A DNA stretch of 64,000 nucleotides from NCBI GenBank assembly GCA_047495785.1, contig JBLDXI010000029.1:1302001-1366000 (forward strand). The letters run 5' to 3'. The DNA comes from Lepidodermella squamata. Lineage: Eukaryota > Animalia > Gastrotricha. The translations under genes and the position numbers were made by a program. The notes under the pieces are model-generated. The model had not been told where the DNA came from, ran no database searches, and worked only from the letters and a program-made list of their open reading frames with translations. Positions 45,098-57,323 of the stretch are shown here, in pieces; position 1 is the stretch's first letter, and the number at the start of each line of letters is the position of its first letter.

Positions 45098-48000
45098 TGT
45101 ATTACAATTTATCTAAACGGTAACTTAATTGGAGATTGCAAAGTACACAAGTGTCCGATCTGTCTGATATTAGGAAAGAGAAATAATCATAGAATGTATA
45201 AAACTTGACTGTACTTGAGTCACGCATAACTGGTTTAATTAGATCGTTTGAACTACATTTTCGTCTAGATACCTTTTTAACACCGGAAAAAGTCGGATTT
45301 ATACTTGCTTTGATCAGTTGGAAGGTGACAAGTGACAAGAAATAAGGGGTTTTGCACGTTTTTATTACTAGAATGCATAAGCATAAGTAACAAATTGTTG
45401 CTTGACACATTCAAACCGAGCGTATAACCGAATTTTTCGGCGCAGCTAACGAAACCTATTAATGGTATCGGATCGACAGTAAAAGATGATCACGTTTGCG
45501 GTTAAGAGTGAAATTACGATTGAAAGACTTTACGTCGGTGATATTGCCAATTAGACATCAGGTTCATCGATAAATATGGGAGTAAATGACCCACGGCAGC
45601 GTGTTTAGTTTCCCACCTCCCAAAATACGACGGCAGACATTAAAATTAAGCGTACAAAAATAATCAACAGGTTCCACGTAGGCGTAATGTAACCAAAGTC
45701 CGTCCCGACCTTGCGTACTTATTTGGAAACTGAGGGGCCTAAGGTCGCCCGAAATAGCCTATGGGTATCAGTGGTGCAGGCTGGAGAAAAAAATGCCCCC
45801 AAGCGTTAGACATTATTTCCAGCAATCGGATAGCGCTCATTAATCTTTAATCTTATTAAAAACGCGCAGTGGGAAAAACACGGAATTCGGGAGAACCAGA
45901 GATGGCGCTACTGCAAAGGTCGATAGGAAAACGGGAATTAGTTCCTTTTCTGGTCAGAGAGGAAAATTTAATAGGGCGTTTCGAGCTCGTTGTAGTCAGT
46001 TTGGAGGTGACAGGTGACAGTCAATAAGTAGGGGATGAACGATTTTATTACGGCGCATTATTTCGCATGTCACATGTCTCCCTCGAACTGTGTTAACCTT
46101 AAACAAAGCGAGATCCGTACTTTTCGGCCAAGCTTTGATTTCAGATGCCAAGGAGCTAAGAATCGAAGGAAAGGCTCTAAAGCTGAAGACAAATCTAATG
46201 TGCACTGAAAGGCTGTAATCTAGCCTCTGAAAATATCAACGAGCAGCTGTAAAGCAAAGGTTCAGTTGGAGTAGGGTCAAAGAGAAGTTTCGGGGCCTGT
46301 TCAAGGTCTAACTGGCAGCTAACCAATTTATACCCTGTGAATGTGGTGAGTGATCAACGCTTGGGATTCGAAGCGATGACCAATCGTGCCTGGACGGCGA
46401 TGATCAACTGCCGTGCATTAACCGCATGTGCCGCTCTGGGAGGAGCGAGGCATAGTGTCGCGAATTTCATTCATTAATTCAGCCATTCATGGAAAAAACA
46501 CACGATATGAATCCCGTGAGATTCCGACGAAGCGCAGCGATATGAGTCAGGTTTGGCCAGTAAATGGCTAAAAACACCACGAGGTGTACCAAGTTAATTT
46601 AATTTTAGCAGACTTACCGGCTTTTTAACTACTTTCAATTAACTATGCCATGCGCTCTCAGATGTAGTACACACTGAGCTGACTGGACACAGATTTATAG
46701 CAAAAACCGCGTTAATTAGATTTCTCCAAATTGTTATGTCGACTAAGATAAGAACTTCCGTGTATGTTTAGGGTTCAGGTTCACTCAAGCGATGTGTTCT
46801 TTGCAACTTCGGACTGTAAGGTTAATTGTAAGTAATTTGGTATGTCACTATGGATTTGGTTAATGAAAATAGTTTCATGTCTTTCACTCGCAAGTTTGCA
46901 GAAATAGAATCTGCATTTCTGACTTCAATGAATGTAATAAATATACTTAACAAAGATTAATCACTTATCATTACTTCAAATCGTTATGTTCAAAAGTAGG
47001 TCTCTCAGCTGTCGGTAAAGTGTCGCAGGGCCATAATGCCTACCGTATTTTCAATTTCAAGACAAACGGCGCCGTGACACTTTTTAATGCATGTCTGCTA
47101 TTGCTAATCAAATAGGCTTCGAGCTTCGAAACCTCCCATCGACATCGTGTCAACATGTCTTGAACGCTAATAAAACAGGAAGCAATTTTAAACACAAGGT
47201 TTAATTGTGTATCTTTGATTGGATTAGAGCGATTAAAATGGTTGAGCGTAATGAGAACCGGCGGATGTCTGTTGTTTGCAGAACTAATTGCCTGAATTTA
47301 GTCTATTTCAATACGTGGATGAACTCTAATAGACAGAAATACAGACCCCCCGACTCCGATTGCGAACGATCCCTTGCGATGGCAACAGCCGGTTGATAAA
47401 ATCGTCGTCTGTGCGGAAAGGAGAGCTAAGTCCATAGTCCATACCAATGTCCATACCCAGCCGAAAATGACTCTTTGACGATGAGTTTTTTCGGATTCCG
47501 TCGTAACCAGAAAGTTTACCACAATTATTTGAAAGAAAGCTTTTCAGGGTAATCCTTCAATTAAGTTTCTTGCATTCAGAAACATCGTGTATCCTGTGTC
47601 AAAGATGCCATAGGTCAGAGGAATCTTGATAATAGGTAACCGCAAACGGGCCGCGATGCACATCATAGCGCGTCGTAAGTCGTAATTGCGGGTAAGCGGA
47701 GCAAGCAGTTTGATTTCAGATGTCATTGTAGGAACCTCTTTCTCCATGATCAACCTTATTAGTAAGATGCGGCAAATGGGTATGCTTTGTCCTCTACTCT
47801 CTCTGAATGCTTTAAGCTGGACATCCTCTCGAAATTCGGGTGTTAAAATTTGTAATTTTGACTGCTAAAGGAACATCATTCTATTTCAAAGCCTCACTGA
47901 TCACTTATATAAATTGGGTTTCGCGTTTCGCCTCGATTGTGCCTATACGGTCAACATTTTGATGATGACGCATGAGAACTTGGTCTGTGTTTGCCGATTT

Positions 48001-48329
48001 CACGATGTTGGACTGAACATGACTGGTGATGATACTAAATAAAATTTCCATAATTTAATCAACCCCTATTTTGATTTGAGCGCATGTCACCAATTAATTA
48101 ACTTCCAGGTATTCTTTCATTGAGTTAGCTTGGATACCTATTTACAATCGGAAGAACGCTTGAGCTCCATATCCGGGGGATTTGCGAAACCACACTCAGA
48201 AAGTAAATGGAAAACGTTCAAATATGTTCAAATCAATGCTCCAGAATCGGACTGAATTCCCGAGGTGTCTGATCTCCTAATTCGCTCATAAAACACTCCA
48301 GAGAATGTCGTGGGAAGCTTGTAAAAACA

Positions 48330-48474
48330 GTGCCCCGGAAATAGAAACAAATTGCGTTATGCTTTTGATGCGCAGAAATAACTGGTCTTCAGTTTTATTT
48401 GGCAATCAGGCTTTCGACTGACTTGAAGACTCAAAAAGTTACCTTTACGCCATTTGTTTCTATTTCCGAAGCAC
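48330..48474. mobile_element. Small MITE-like element with about 30-bp TIRs
   Basis: GTGCccCGGAAATAGAAACAAATtGCGTtA at 48330 versus reverse-complemented GTGCttCGGAAATAGAAACAAATgGCGTaA ending 48474. Confidence 0.6.
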
Positions 48475-48599
48475 GCAATGTGTCCTTAAACCACGAACAT
48501 GCCGCTAATCTATCAACCACAGACCTTGTTCTCTGCGGAGGCAGCATGAAGATTTCGCATCACTATAAAAAATGAAAAGCATGCAAATTATCACATACT

Positions 48600-48964
48600 G
48601 TCAACTGGGGTGACTTTACACAATGGGGTCACACTTTGACGTGACGAAATGGGGTGACTTACCAAAAATCGGAAATGGTAAGGTAAAGACGAAGTGAGTG
48701 GGTACCGTTGGATAGCCCAAGAAACGGTACAATGCACCTAACCCTTTCTGGAACCTACAAAATAACAGGTAACGTTATGGGAAACAATTGCTTAAACAAA
48801 GCCGCTTTCTCAAAATGGAAATCGTATGCCATTTTCATTGATTGCCCTCCTTCCTCCAGGTTATCCAACGGAATTCGACTCACGGGGTCTTTACCTTACC
48901 TTACAAAGTCACCCCATTTTGGTACGTCAAAGTGACCCCACCGCCCATAGTCATCCCAGTTGAC
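48600..48964. mobile_element. MITE with about 100-bp imperfect TIRs containing GGGGTGACT subrepeats
   Basis: gtcaactggggtgact...ggtaaggtaaagac..gtgagt mirrored by actcac..gtctttaccttacc...agtcatcccagttgac. Confidence 0.7.
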
Positions 48965-50386
48965 GTCTTTTCGAAATGGTCTATATGGTCGTTCGTTGAA
49001 GGGTTCTTACACTCAACTGCATCAATTATCACAAAACCAATTTCTTGCTCCATCAAAGCTTAATTAAAAACATTCATTAGCAGTGGCGTAGCCAGGATTT
49101 TTATTTGGGGGGTGATGTGGTTTTACCCTTGCACAAAAAAATTTGGGGCCTAAAAACTACTCAGGAAAAGTCGACTCGCGAGCTTTAGCTGACGCTTTTT
49201 CGGGCATTTCTAAGCTGAAAATGGGCTTAAAATGCACTAATAGTTCGAGGATCCATAGGAAATTTCTAGTTGGTGACCACTTTCTGGAATATTTTGGGGG
49301 TGTTTTATCACAGCAAGATTCGCTTTCGCCTGCATTCGGCGCTGCATTAGGAGTTTGGTATGGGCTATATTATATCTCATTATTTTCAACCATTTGAGTT
49401 TGATGCTCATTTCGCTGTCTTATCATTTTTAAGGTTCTGACTTGAAGCATAGTTTAATTTATAAATCCACAATGTCTGAACCCAATAGGACCAAAATTGA
49501 GTGAGTATGCAGTTTAGGTTCAGAAATGAAGCTTTTATGCAGATTTATGGCACCATCGAGCGAATGGGTTCTGAATGTTACCATCTGAATGTTTATGGTC
49601 AAAATATGAGCCCGGAGTTATGGAATGACAAGCGTTTGAAAAAAAGTGGAAATTGTTTATGCAGATTTAGGTAACCTTACCCTACGTATTTACGCGCTCA
49701 GCATTTGACCGAATTTTTGAGAAAATATTATTATTTTGCAGTTCATAAAATGCCTCCACTAACTGCGCCAATTAGATCAAATCTAATTGGCGGAAGTTAC
49801 TGGGGAGGCGCAGATGACAGGTCACCTAATATCTTGTCTTAAATTGCTGTTAAAAGTCTAGCTAATGAATTAGATCATAGCTGTCATAAACGATCCTCTC
49901 TCGGCATCACGATAACACCGGACCTAATCGAATATTAGGTACCACGCTTTTCGCAATGAAAGGCCATGGACGCCCGAATCTGAATCATTAATTATCCCGG
50001 TTAGAACTAGGAAGGCAATAGCGAATAGGAGCGGAAATTGAAAGGGAGACTTGAATGCGAAGTTCAGAAAACTACGCGAAAAAAACAGGTGACTTTCAAA
50101 GTTAAGCCGGAAGCCCATCATTCTACGACCAGGATGTAACCAGGGGCACCACTTGACTGGGACCCCATGGGCTCCAGTGGTGAATTTCGAAGTAACATGA
50201 AACCATCGAACTAATAATTTCGTTTAATTACTTAAACCATCGGAACCATCGAAATATAATTTTTATTCTACATTCATCGGAAATTCGTATTTAATATTTG
50301 AATAATATTCCGATGGTTTAAGACATCGTTAAATCACTAATTATGAAACGAGTCACGGGATAATATTATAGTATTCTTGTAGGATA

Positions 50387-50589
50387 CCAGCTCGACCGCG
50401 TCCACGGGTTATGCTACGAGACATCGAATTTTTTCAGGATACTCTGAGGTTAGATTCTCGCTAGAAATTCAAAAAATGTGGTGAATCAAGCTAGCGTCCC
50501 TGCGTCAACCTGAATCGGTAAAAAGTTCGATTGACACTTCAGAATTCCAGGGTCTAGTCAAACTGATCCTGGGTCTTTAATAAGGAAGA
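50387..50589 (-). mobile_element. Possible short non-autonomous Helitron
   Basis: Minus strand begins A|TCTTCCTTATTAAAG and ends CCCGTGGACGCGG-TCGAG-CTGG|T: 5' TC, weak 3' hairpin plus CTRR, A-T target, no TSD. Confidence 0.45.
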
Positions 50590-51585
50590 TAGGAGTTTCC
50601 TAGAAGTCTGAAATTTAAAAAGATACTCAAGAAAAACTTTCATCTTATATTATTGTTATTATATTTTATTCGATTCACGATTATATTATGTTATTATTGG
50701 AGTTCGAGAATAGCCGCATTTTTAAGTCCGTTGTGGCGATTTGCAGAAAAAAATAAGAAAATTCGCCAAAACCAACTGTTCACTTGTCAATGGTCATCTT
50801 ATTATCGACTGAAACCGTGGGAATACTGTGTGGTATTAAAGCGAGCTGAAAACAGGGAGCAAGTCGTTGAATTTAAGTCACAATTTGACTTATGAGCGTC
50901 GGAAAATACCTAAATCCTCATTTCCTAACCACTACCAATCCATTCATTTTCACGTGAAAGTGTCTCATCAGTCGCAATTCTTCGATGCCAAATGACAGCT
51001 CTATGGCCGTAGTAATATAACCAGACGAGAATGATTCTTGATAAGCCCCTCGCGAATGAAGGCTGCTCTCCTCATCATCAAAATCAACTTGGTCAGGAAG
51101 GGTCAAACCTAGATCTTAGATGATTGCGCGACCACAAAGAGCGGAGCTACAACCGAATTATTACGCCTCGCGAAATTACTCGGCACATACGAGCCGGATA
51201 ATGCCATCCTCATAAGCTTCTGATTTTACCTATTTATCATCAGTAACTCATAATTTCTAGAAAAATCTAATATCGAAGAGTAAAACCAAAGAATGATTGC
51301 ATGATGCGAAGTCATGCCGAGCTGTTTCAAATCAGGTCGCGCGCATTCCAATTTCCGACAGGTTAAGCTCGTGCTCCGATAAACTAAGATCGCGTTCCGA
51401 TAAATTAAGGTAATGTTTCGATGTAATACAAAGCGGACGGCTAAAAATCATATTATTGAACTTTTAACATCAAATAATTCGTTGACTGAAATGATAAATT
51501 GTGATGACCCTATAATCGCCAGAATAAATAAAACGCACATAACTAAGGAGATTTTCGAAATTTGATGAATTTTCACTAAGAAGAA

Positions 51586-53608
51586 ATGCCAGCCGCCTAC
51601 AGTTTTGAGGTGGACCTGGACTTAGAGTCAATCAAACACCGAATCGAGCGGATGCCAATTAATATAGGCGATGTTCAGAGGCGAACTCGGCGATCGAGGG
51701 CAGAGATGGCGCAAATGACAATCCTTAAAATGCTTCCCTCGTTGCCACATTTTGCGACAATTATGAATGGAGCTATAATCAAATCGGCGAAGTTGATTGT
51801 TGAGTATGATGAGACCATCGGTACCGTGGAAACCGAGTTACCTGTCGTTAAATCGATGTCCACTAGAGAGCGCTCTGATGTTGCGGCCAAAAGGTATTTT
51901 GTGCTGTCATAGATGAAATTCGCTTTTTTAAATATTTAGCACGCAAATCGGTTGAAGCAAATCGGTTCACTTTTCCCATCGTTAGGTTACGGCAAAAATA
52001 ATTATTTGTTACCCAAAATTTACAAATAATTCCAATATTTCTGATTTTTTCAAAAAATGAAAATAGTCATTCCAAACAGCGCATTTTACCGCAATATCTG
52101 CTTGTTAAAAAAATTGCAGAATTTTGTATAACATTAAAAGGAATTTTTCGTTTTAATATTTTTTATAAAATTAAATTTTTTATTAACATTTTTAATATTA
52201 ATTTAATTAATTTAATATTTAAAAATATTTAAGAATGCTTCTTGTATTTTACCTCTTCGTCCCACTAGATTGGTAACGTTAGGGTTGCGGTTCGGCATAA
52301 ATGCCAGTAAAATACTTGCCATGAAGGACCACATTGGTTTTCGATCAGTCTCGAAAGAAAGATTTTACGAAATAAGGAGAGAAATGGGTATTTTTCATCC
52401 GATAAACAGCATCGATGACGGCCTGGGGGCTTATCGCTCCATTTCTTCAATCGCAAACGTATGGGCACGTAGAGGTGAGCTGTCACCCACTGCTCCCAAT
52501 GATATTCGATTTCAGGTTTTCAATTTTTTAATTTCATGCGAATGACCGATTAACCAAGAAATTCAGGTTGATGGGCTGGCTGGACGCACCTCTTCATCTA
52601 ATCCGATAGTTACATCTTACGTTTGTGTTGCTAGCCGGAAACGCAAGGTTGGCATGGATGACGAGCATCAGTTTGCTGTCTATAACGAAGCTGAGTCCAG
52701 CGAAAATTTTCGGAAATATTTGCAATCGCCTGTTGATGAACTAGTAAAGCTAGTTGAGCAGGGTATATCAGTCGATGGAACAAACTATTCATTTAGGCTC
52801 CTGACTTGCTGTGATTACCCCGCTCTTGTGAAATTGTTCGGCTGCGGGCATCAAGGAGCTCATCATCGATGTGTTATTTGCGAAATCGACATACGTAATC
52901 CCAACTCACCGGCCAAACGTCGTCGGTTTGATGAGTATTCACCCGACCTAGCCGGTAAGTTGGGCTGGTCAAAGGACTATGGGCCAATGATTCGACTTGG
53001 ACCTGCTAAACTCGTCATCCTACCCGATTTTTTTCATATGCAAGTTAATCTTGCCAAGCCCTTGCTTACTCAGGTAATGATTGGACTAAAATTGAAATTT
53101 TTGAAAACAATTCTGGAAATTTTTCAGATCATTTCAAAGTTGAAACTTTTCGGCCAAAGAGAAGCTGTCAAACGATTGACTGAATATTTGAAAAATGACT
53201 TGCGCTTTTTATTTTCCAGCTCATTTTCCAAAAATCACATAATTTTTCGCTACAATCTCACAGTTAACGTCAAGACTTTTCAGAAAATCACTTCTTCTTG
53301 TACACGTACTCGCCCTCAAATCTGTCGAAATGCAATTCGAACTTATCCTCCGCGGACCAAGTAAAGGAGAAAAGGCCAGCACGACACAGCTGATCGATCC
53401 TGACAATTTGACGACAAATGGCGTTCAAACTTCGGCCCAACTCAAAGTCCAAATGTTCATCTTTTTGGCAGTTACGAATCCAAAACTTCAACAAACCAAG
53501 CGGAGCAGTTTCTACTTTCCGCCGTTTAGCGAAAAATGCGAAAACATGGCGAAGACGATTGCGGTCGTCATAGGTCCACTCCATGCGAGAATTTGTGAAA
53601 TAGACTAA
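51586..53608 (+). pseudogene. Degenerate intron-containing DDE transposase of the CMC/Transib/RAG1-core type
   Basis: Spliced IRFQ|VDGLAG (first Asp), YLQSPVDELVKL..G, TCCDYPALVKLFG...HHRCVIC (second Asp plus CxxC), LPDFFH; exon phases inconsistent; no catalytic Glu region seen. Confidence 0.65.
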
Positions 53609-54208
53609 ATTTGAAGAAAATAGAATAGGAATTTGAAAAATAGCTACAAGTCTCACTTTTATCATATTTTCTTGACGCGGCTCTGATAAAATTCCAAGTT
53701 CCAAAGGCAGCGCCAGATAAAGTTGAATTTAAAGTAGAGTTGGTTAATTCAAACATTTCTTGTTCTTCTTGTTGCTGCTGTTGCTGTGGCTGTTGCTGCG
53801 GCTGTTGCTGCGGTTGTTCCTGCGGTTGTTGCTGCGGCTGTTCCATCGGCTGTTCCATCGGCTGTTGCTGCGGCTGTTGCTGCGGCTGTTGCTGCGGCTG
53901 TTCCAGCGGCTGTTGCTGCGGCTGTTCCAGCGGCTGTTGCTGTTGCTGCTGGTGTACTGCAGGAGGTAGATGAAATTGGTCGTTATTGTTGTGAGCAACC
54001 GCGCCAGATTTCTTTTGCTGCTTGCCACGCGCGTTCTCACCAAAGAATGACCTAATGTCCCATGTCGTTTGGAGCGGTTAGCTTGCTGTTTTTCCAGAGC
54101 GGCTTGGCGATTACGATCCTTTTCGAGGGCTTTTAATTGTTTTTTTCTCTGGTTTTTCGACAGAGTCTTGGGCGTTGAGTGATTTAAATCGCCGTTGTCT
54201 TCTGCCAT
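53568..54208 (-). pseudogene. Frameshifted ORF: basic N-terminus, DIRSFF motif, QQQP repeat
   Basis: MAEDNG...RSKRHG joins DIRSFFGENARG...HQQQQQQPLEQP if one G is added at the GGG near 54060. Confidence 0.4.
53762..53951. repeat. 12-bp minisatellite (CTGTTGCTGCGG)n encoding QQQP on the minus strand
   Basis: Directly visible tandem units with variants ctgttccatcgg and ctgttccagcgg. Confidence 0.9.
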
Positions 54209-54311
54209 CGAAATGCGCTCACAAAATGACAGACGAAAAAATGACCGAATAACGCAGAGGCCGACAGCGCGACCTCACCACCACACCACCACCACCATCT
54301 AAACATGCCAG

Positions 54312-55141
54312 TGTTACGACCCAAGTCCGAAAGCGACCACATCGCGGTCTGGTCGACCAGACCCCGACGTGGCCATAGTCGATTTCCACGCCGCGCTCTG
54401 GTCGACCAGGATGCGACGGGCCTGCAATCTCTCTTATCAAACACCTTTGTCGGGCTTCGGCTCGTAGGTGTTAACCCAGGTACGGTGGGCTCCAAATCGA
54501 GAACAATGGACGCGCGTGCGCACTGTCCCGCCGTGCTCTGGCTCACACTTGTTGCGCGCGAGCCAGAGCCCGACCGCGCTTATTGACTGAGTTGAGTGGC
54601 CGAACATTTTTTTAATTAATATAAATTTACGAAAAAAATGGCAAAGTCACGAGCTGTATGTCTCACGCACTGTCTATATTCAGCGCGCCTTAACTGACTC
54701 GCGATTTTTGTTTGTTTTTGTTTAATAGTAATAATCGAGCCTTTTTTAAATATTCCGTTATTTTTTCTGACTCAAGCTGTGGCCGCTCACGTGCTAATAG
54801 ACACTTAAATACACTATTTTTACTTTGCTTCCACCTACATAAAAAATAGAATGACTAGTAAAAGTTGAAATCAAACTTATTCGGGCTCTGGCCCATGCGC
54901 GCGCGTGTGAGCCAGAGCACGGCGGGACAATGCGCACGCGCGTCCATTGTTCTCGATTTGGAGCCCACCGTACCTGGGTTAACACCTACGAGCCGAAGCC
55001 CGACAAAGGTGTTTGATAAGAGAGATTGCAGGCCCGTCGCATCCTGGTCGACCAGAGCGCGGCGTGGAACATGAGTAATGCCCAGTCGGGGTCTGGTCGA
55101 CCAGACCGCGATGTGGTCGCTTTCGGACTTGGGTCGTAACA
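54312..55141. mobile_element. Non-autonomous DNA transposon, Ginger-like (TGT...ACA ends, about 260-bp TIRs, 4-bp TSD CCAG)
   Basis: TGTTACGACCCAAGTCCGAAAG... at 54312 and ...CTTTCGGACTTGGGTCGTAACA ending 55141; CCAG at 54308-54311 and 55142-55145; arms nearly identical. Confidence 0.85.
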
Positions 55142-55299
55142 CCAGTACTGCACACATGATAGCTAGCAATAAATAACTGAGGATGATTCATCTAGGTCAC
55201 CCTGCAAACCCGGACTAGTATGTAATGCAGTAAAATGACTTTCCGATGGTTTAATTTAGTTTTCACCCTTTTTATATATTTCCGACGTTTCAAGTCAAC

Positions 55300-55435
55300 A
55301 AATGACACTGCTCCCTTCACGCGCATGGCGACCATCATCCAGCGTTGGAACGACCTGCCCAAGACCGTGTTTCCTAACATTATTGATCCTCATTTATTCA
55401 AAATATCTGTGAACGATCTAGGCCTAGTTTTTTAA
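55300..55435 (+). mobile_element. 3' fragment of CR1/L2-type LINE ORF2
   Basis: IIQRWNDLPKTVF...FKISVN matches the WNxLP...FK C-terminal signature of these clades. Confidence 0.55.
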
Positions 55436-56261
55436 CATCCGAAAACTGACCGAAAATTCTTCGTAAATAAAAAAAAAGTAAAAATGGTTCGCGGAAAGAA
55501 ATTATTAGTTCGATGGAATGATGTAGACCCCGAATTTCCCCGAAAAAATCACATTTTCATGTTGGGAAACTTAATTTCATAATTATCTTGATAACAACAG
55601 CAGTCAATGCATGAAGATGTGTGAATTTTCACTTTGAATTGATCGACTTATCAGTTGGAGGTGAAAGGTTCAGCAGAAAGTTTTGCGAAATTTATTCGTA
55701 ATTTTTTTATCACAAATAAATTGCGCTCTCCAAAAGTAAAAATCACCTTCGAGCTCGCTCAATTTTTGAAAATAATTTTTTCCTGATGAGTGTTGAGTGG
55801 AATTATGGCAACCAATTAAATTCATTGAAAAATTTTCCTTCGTATCAGATACAAATTATACTTCGCCCAAGTAATTGAGATAGATCGGAATCAGTTTTCA
55901 GTCTCCTCCTGGATAGTTTTGACGACTTTTTAATGACTCATCACCTCGTATGGATTAAGCAAATGTTACAACGTCTCATGTTTTATTCGATCAATCACGA
56001 ATGTCCGAAATATATCAATATTTTTTTACAATTTTTCTTCATCGAAGCACTTCGTACCACAGACCAAAGACTTGGATAACAAAATGCTAACGCAGGTGAA
56101 GAAAAATAGACACAAGCAGGGACTATTATTAGCTGTGAGCTGAACAGATATTTTTCTTCCTCCAAGCCAAGTTGACAGAGACAAGATAATTAGGTCAAAA
56201 AAATGGCGTGTGACTTGTAATAAAAATTACACAGTTTTTTCACCGAAATTTCGAAAAATAA

Positions 56262-56786
56262 TTAATGACTGCCGCCGAGGGTTTCCTTGTCGAACATGTA
56301 CTCGCCAAGGCCAGGGCCGACGCGCTTCAGGATAGCAACATAGTCCGAGAACTGCTTGATCGAATCGACCTGTTCCTTGAGGTACTCACCCTCCAGGAAA
56401 TCGCACATTTGCACGTCGTTGTGACGCGTGGCAACTGCGTGTAAGTCCAACAGCGACTGGTTGACCTTCTTCTCGAGGGCCAGGGCAGTTTCCATCGCAT
56501 TCAAACCACTGCCCCATTCGTCCTGTTCCGGCTTGGCAATCGGCTGGAGAACAACACGGCCGCCTCGCTTGTTCTGGTATTTCATCAATTTCTCGGCATG
56601 TTCGTGCTCTTCGTCGCTCTGCTTCTTGAAGAAAGCGTGGAAGCCAGGCAGGGCGATGTCGTCGCGGTCGAAGTGGAAGGCCATCGACAAGTAAACGTAC
56701 GAGGCGTGCAGCTCCATGTTGATCTGGCGGTTGATGCCAGCCTCAGACTCGGCGTTGTAATTTTGACGGGGCAGCGTAACAGACAT
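56262..56786 (-). CDS. Ferritin, H-type (intronless)
   Basis: Full-length ferritin: [45 protein letters not shown]; ferroxidase residues present. Confidence 0.97.
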   Translation of the reverse strand: MSVTLPRQNYNAESEAGINRQINMELHASYVYLSMAFHFDRDDIALPGFHAFFKKQSDEEHEHAEKLMKYQNKRGGRVVLQPIAKPEQDEWGSGLNAMETALALEKKVNQSLLDLHAVATRHNDVQMCDFLEGEYLKEQVDSIKQFSDYVAILKRVGPGLGEYMFDKETLGGSH

Positions 56787-57323
56787 TTTTGCGCAAAAAT
56801 AAAATTCCTAGCAACAAAAATGAAAAATCCACCTTAATTTTCAGCCGAGATGAATGCAATTTTTGGACGCGAATTGGTGGAATAAAAATAATGGGAATAG
56901 CTAGGACCTTCCATGTGTTTCTATGTGTGTGTATGTGTGCAGATTATTTTCAACTGCGTCAGCATGAATCAATGAAATAAGCCACAGTGCTTTTATTATA
57001 TTAGTGGGTCACTAATAAAAGAGAAGTGCTGCGTTCGTATTACGCTGCCTTGTTTTTGTAATCGCGTGCCGCTCATATAAGCAGACACACGCACACATAA
57101 ACAACGTGGCTTTTATTATTATTATGCCTGAACAAAACAGTTCTATCAAACGCATTTTCTGCCTGCTCATAAAATGGCGTATGTCTTGCCTAGGTCAACT
57201 CCGTTATTTCTGCCATTCATCGATTTTACTCAAATCGATATCTCGCGAAAACCACAACATTTTTGTTTATTTATGTATAGGTTTTACTGAATTTATAGTG
57301 ATAAATCGCTGAATTTTCGGAAA

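Noticed and set aside
46820-48330. Possible multi-exon minus-strand gene (short open segments with splice-like sites)
   Set aside because: Could not build a consistent model or recognise a domain.
49081-49112. CAGTGGCGTAGCCAGG...GGGGGG resembling a hAT-type terminus
   Set aside because: No matching opposite end or TSD found.
53740-54055. Poly-Cys, poly-Leu and poly-Ala/Val ORFs on the plus strand
   Set aside because: Alternative-frame readings of the 12-bp minisatellite; not a metallothionein or membrane protein.
51586-54208. ProtoRAG-like convergent RAG1/RAG2 pair
   Set aside because: The minus-strand ORF shows no kelch or PHD features and no RSS-like TIRs were found.
54184-55191. Mirror-image ORFs with near-identical peptides on both strands
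   Set aside because: Artefact of the GC-rich TIRs of the 54312-55141 element.
56940-57060. Candidate iron-responsive element between the ferritins (CAGTGC near 56985; TGCTGCGT..ACGC near 57027)
   Set aside because: The CAGTGC has no flanking stem and the stem-like segment lacks the CAGUGN loop.
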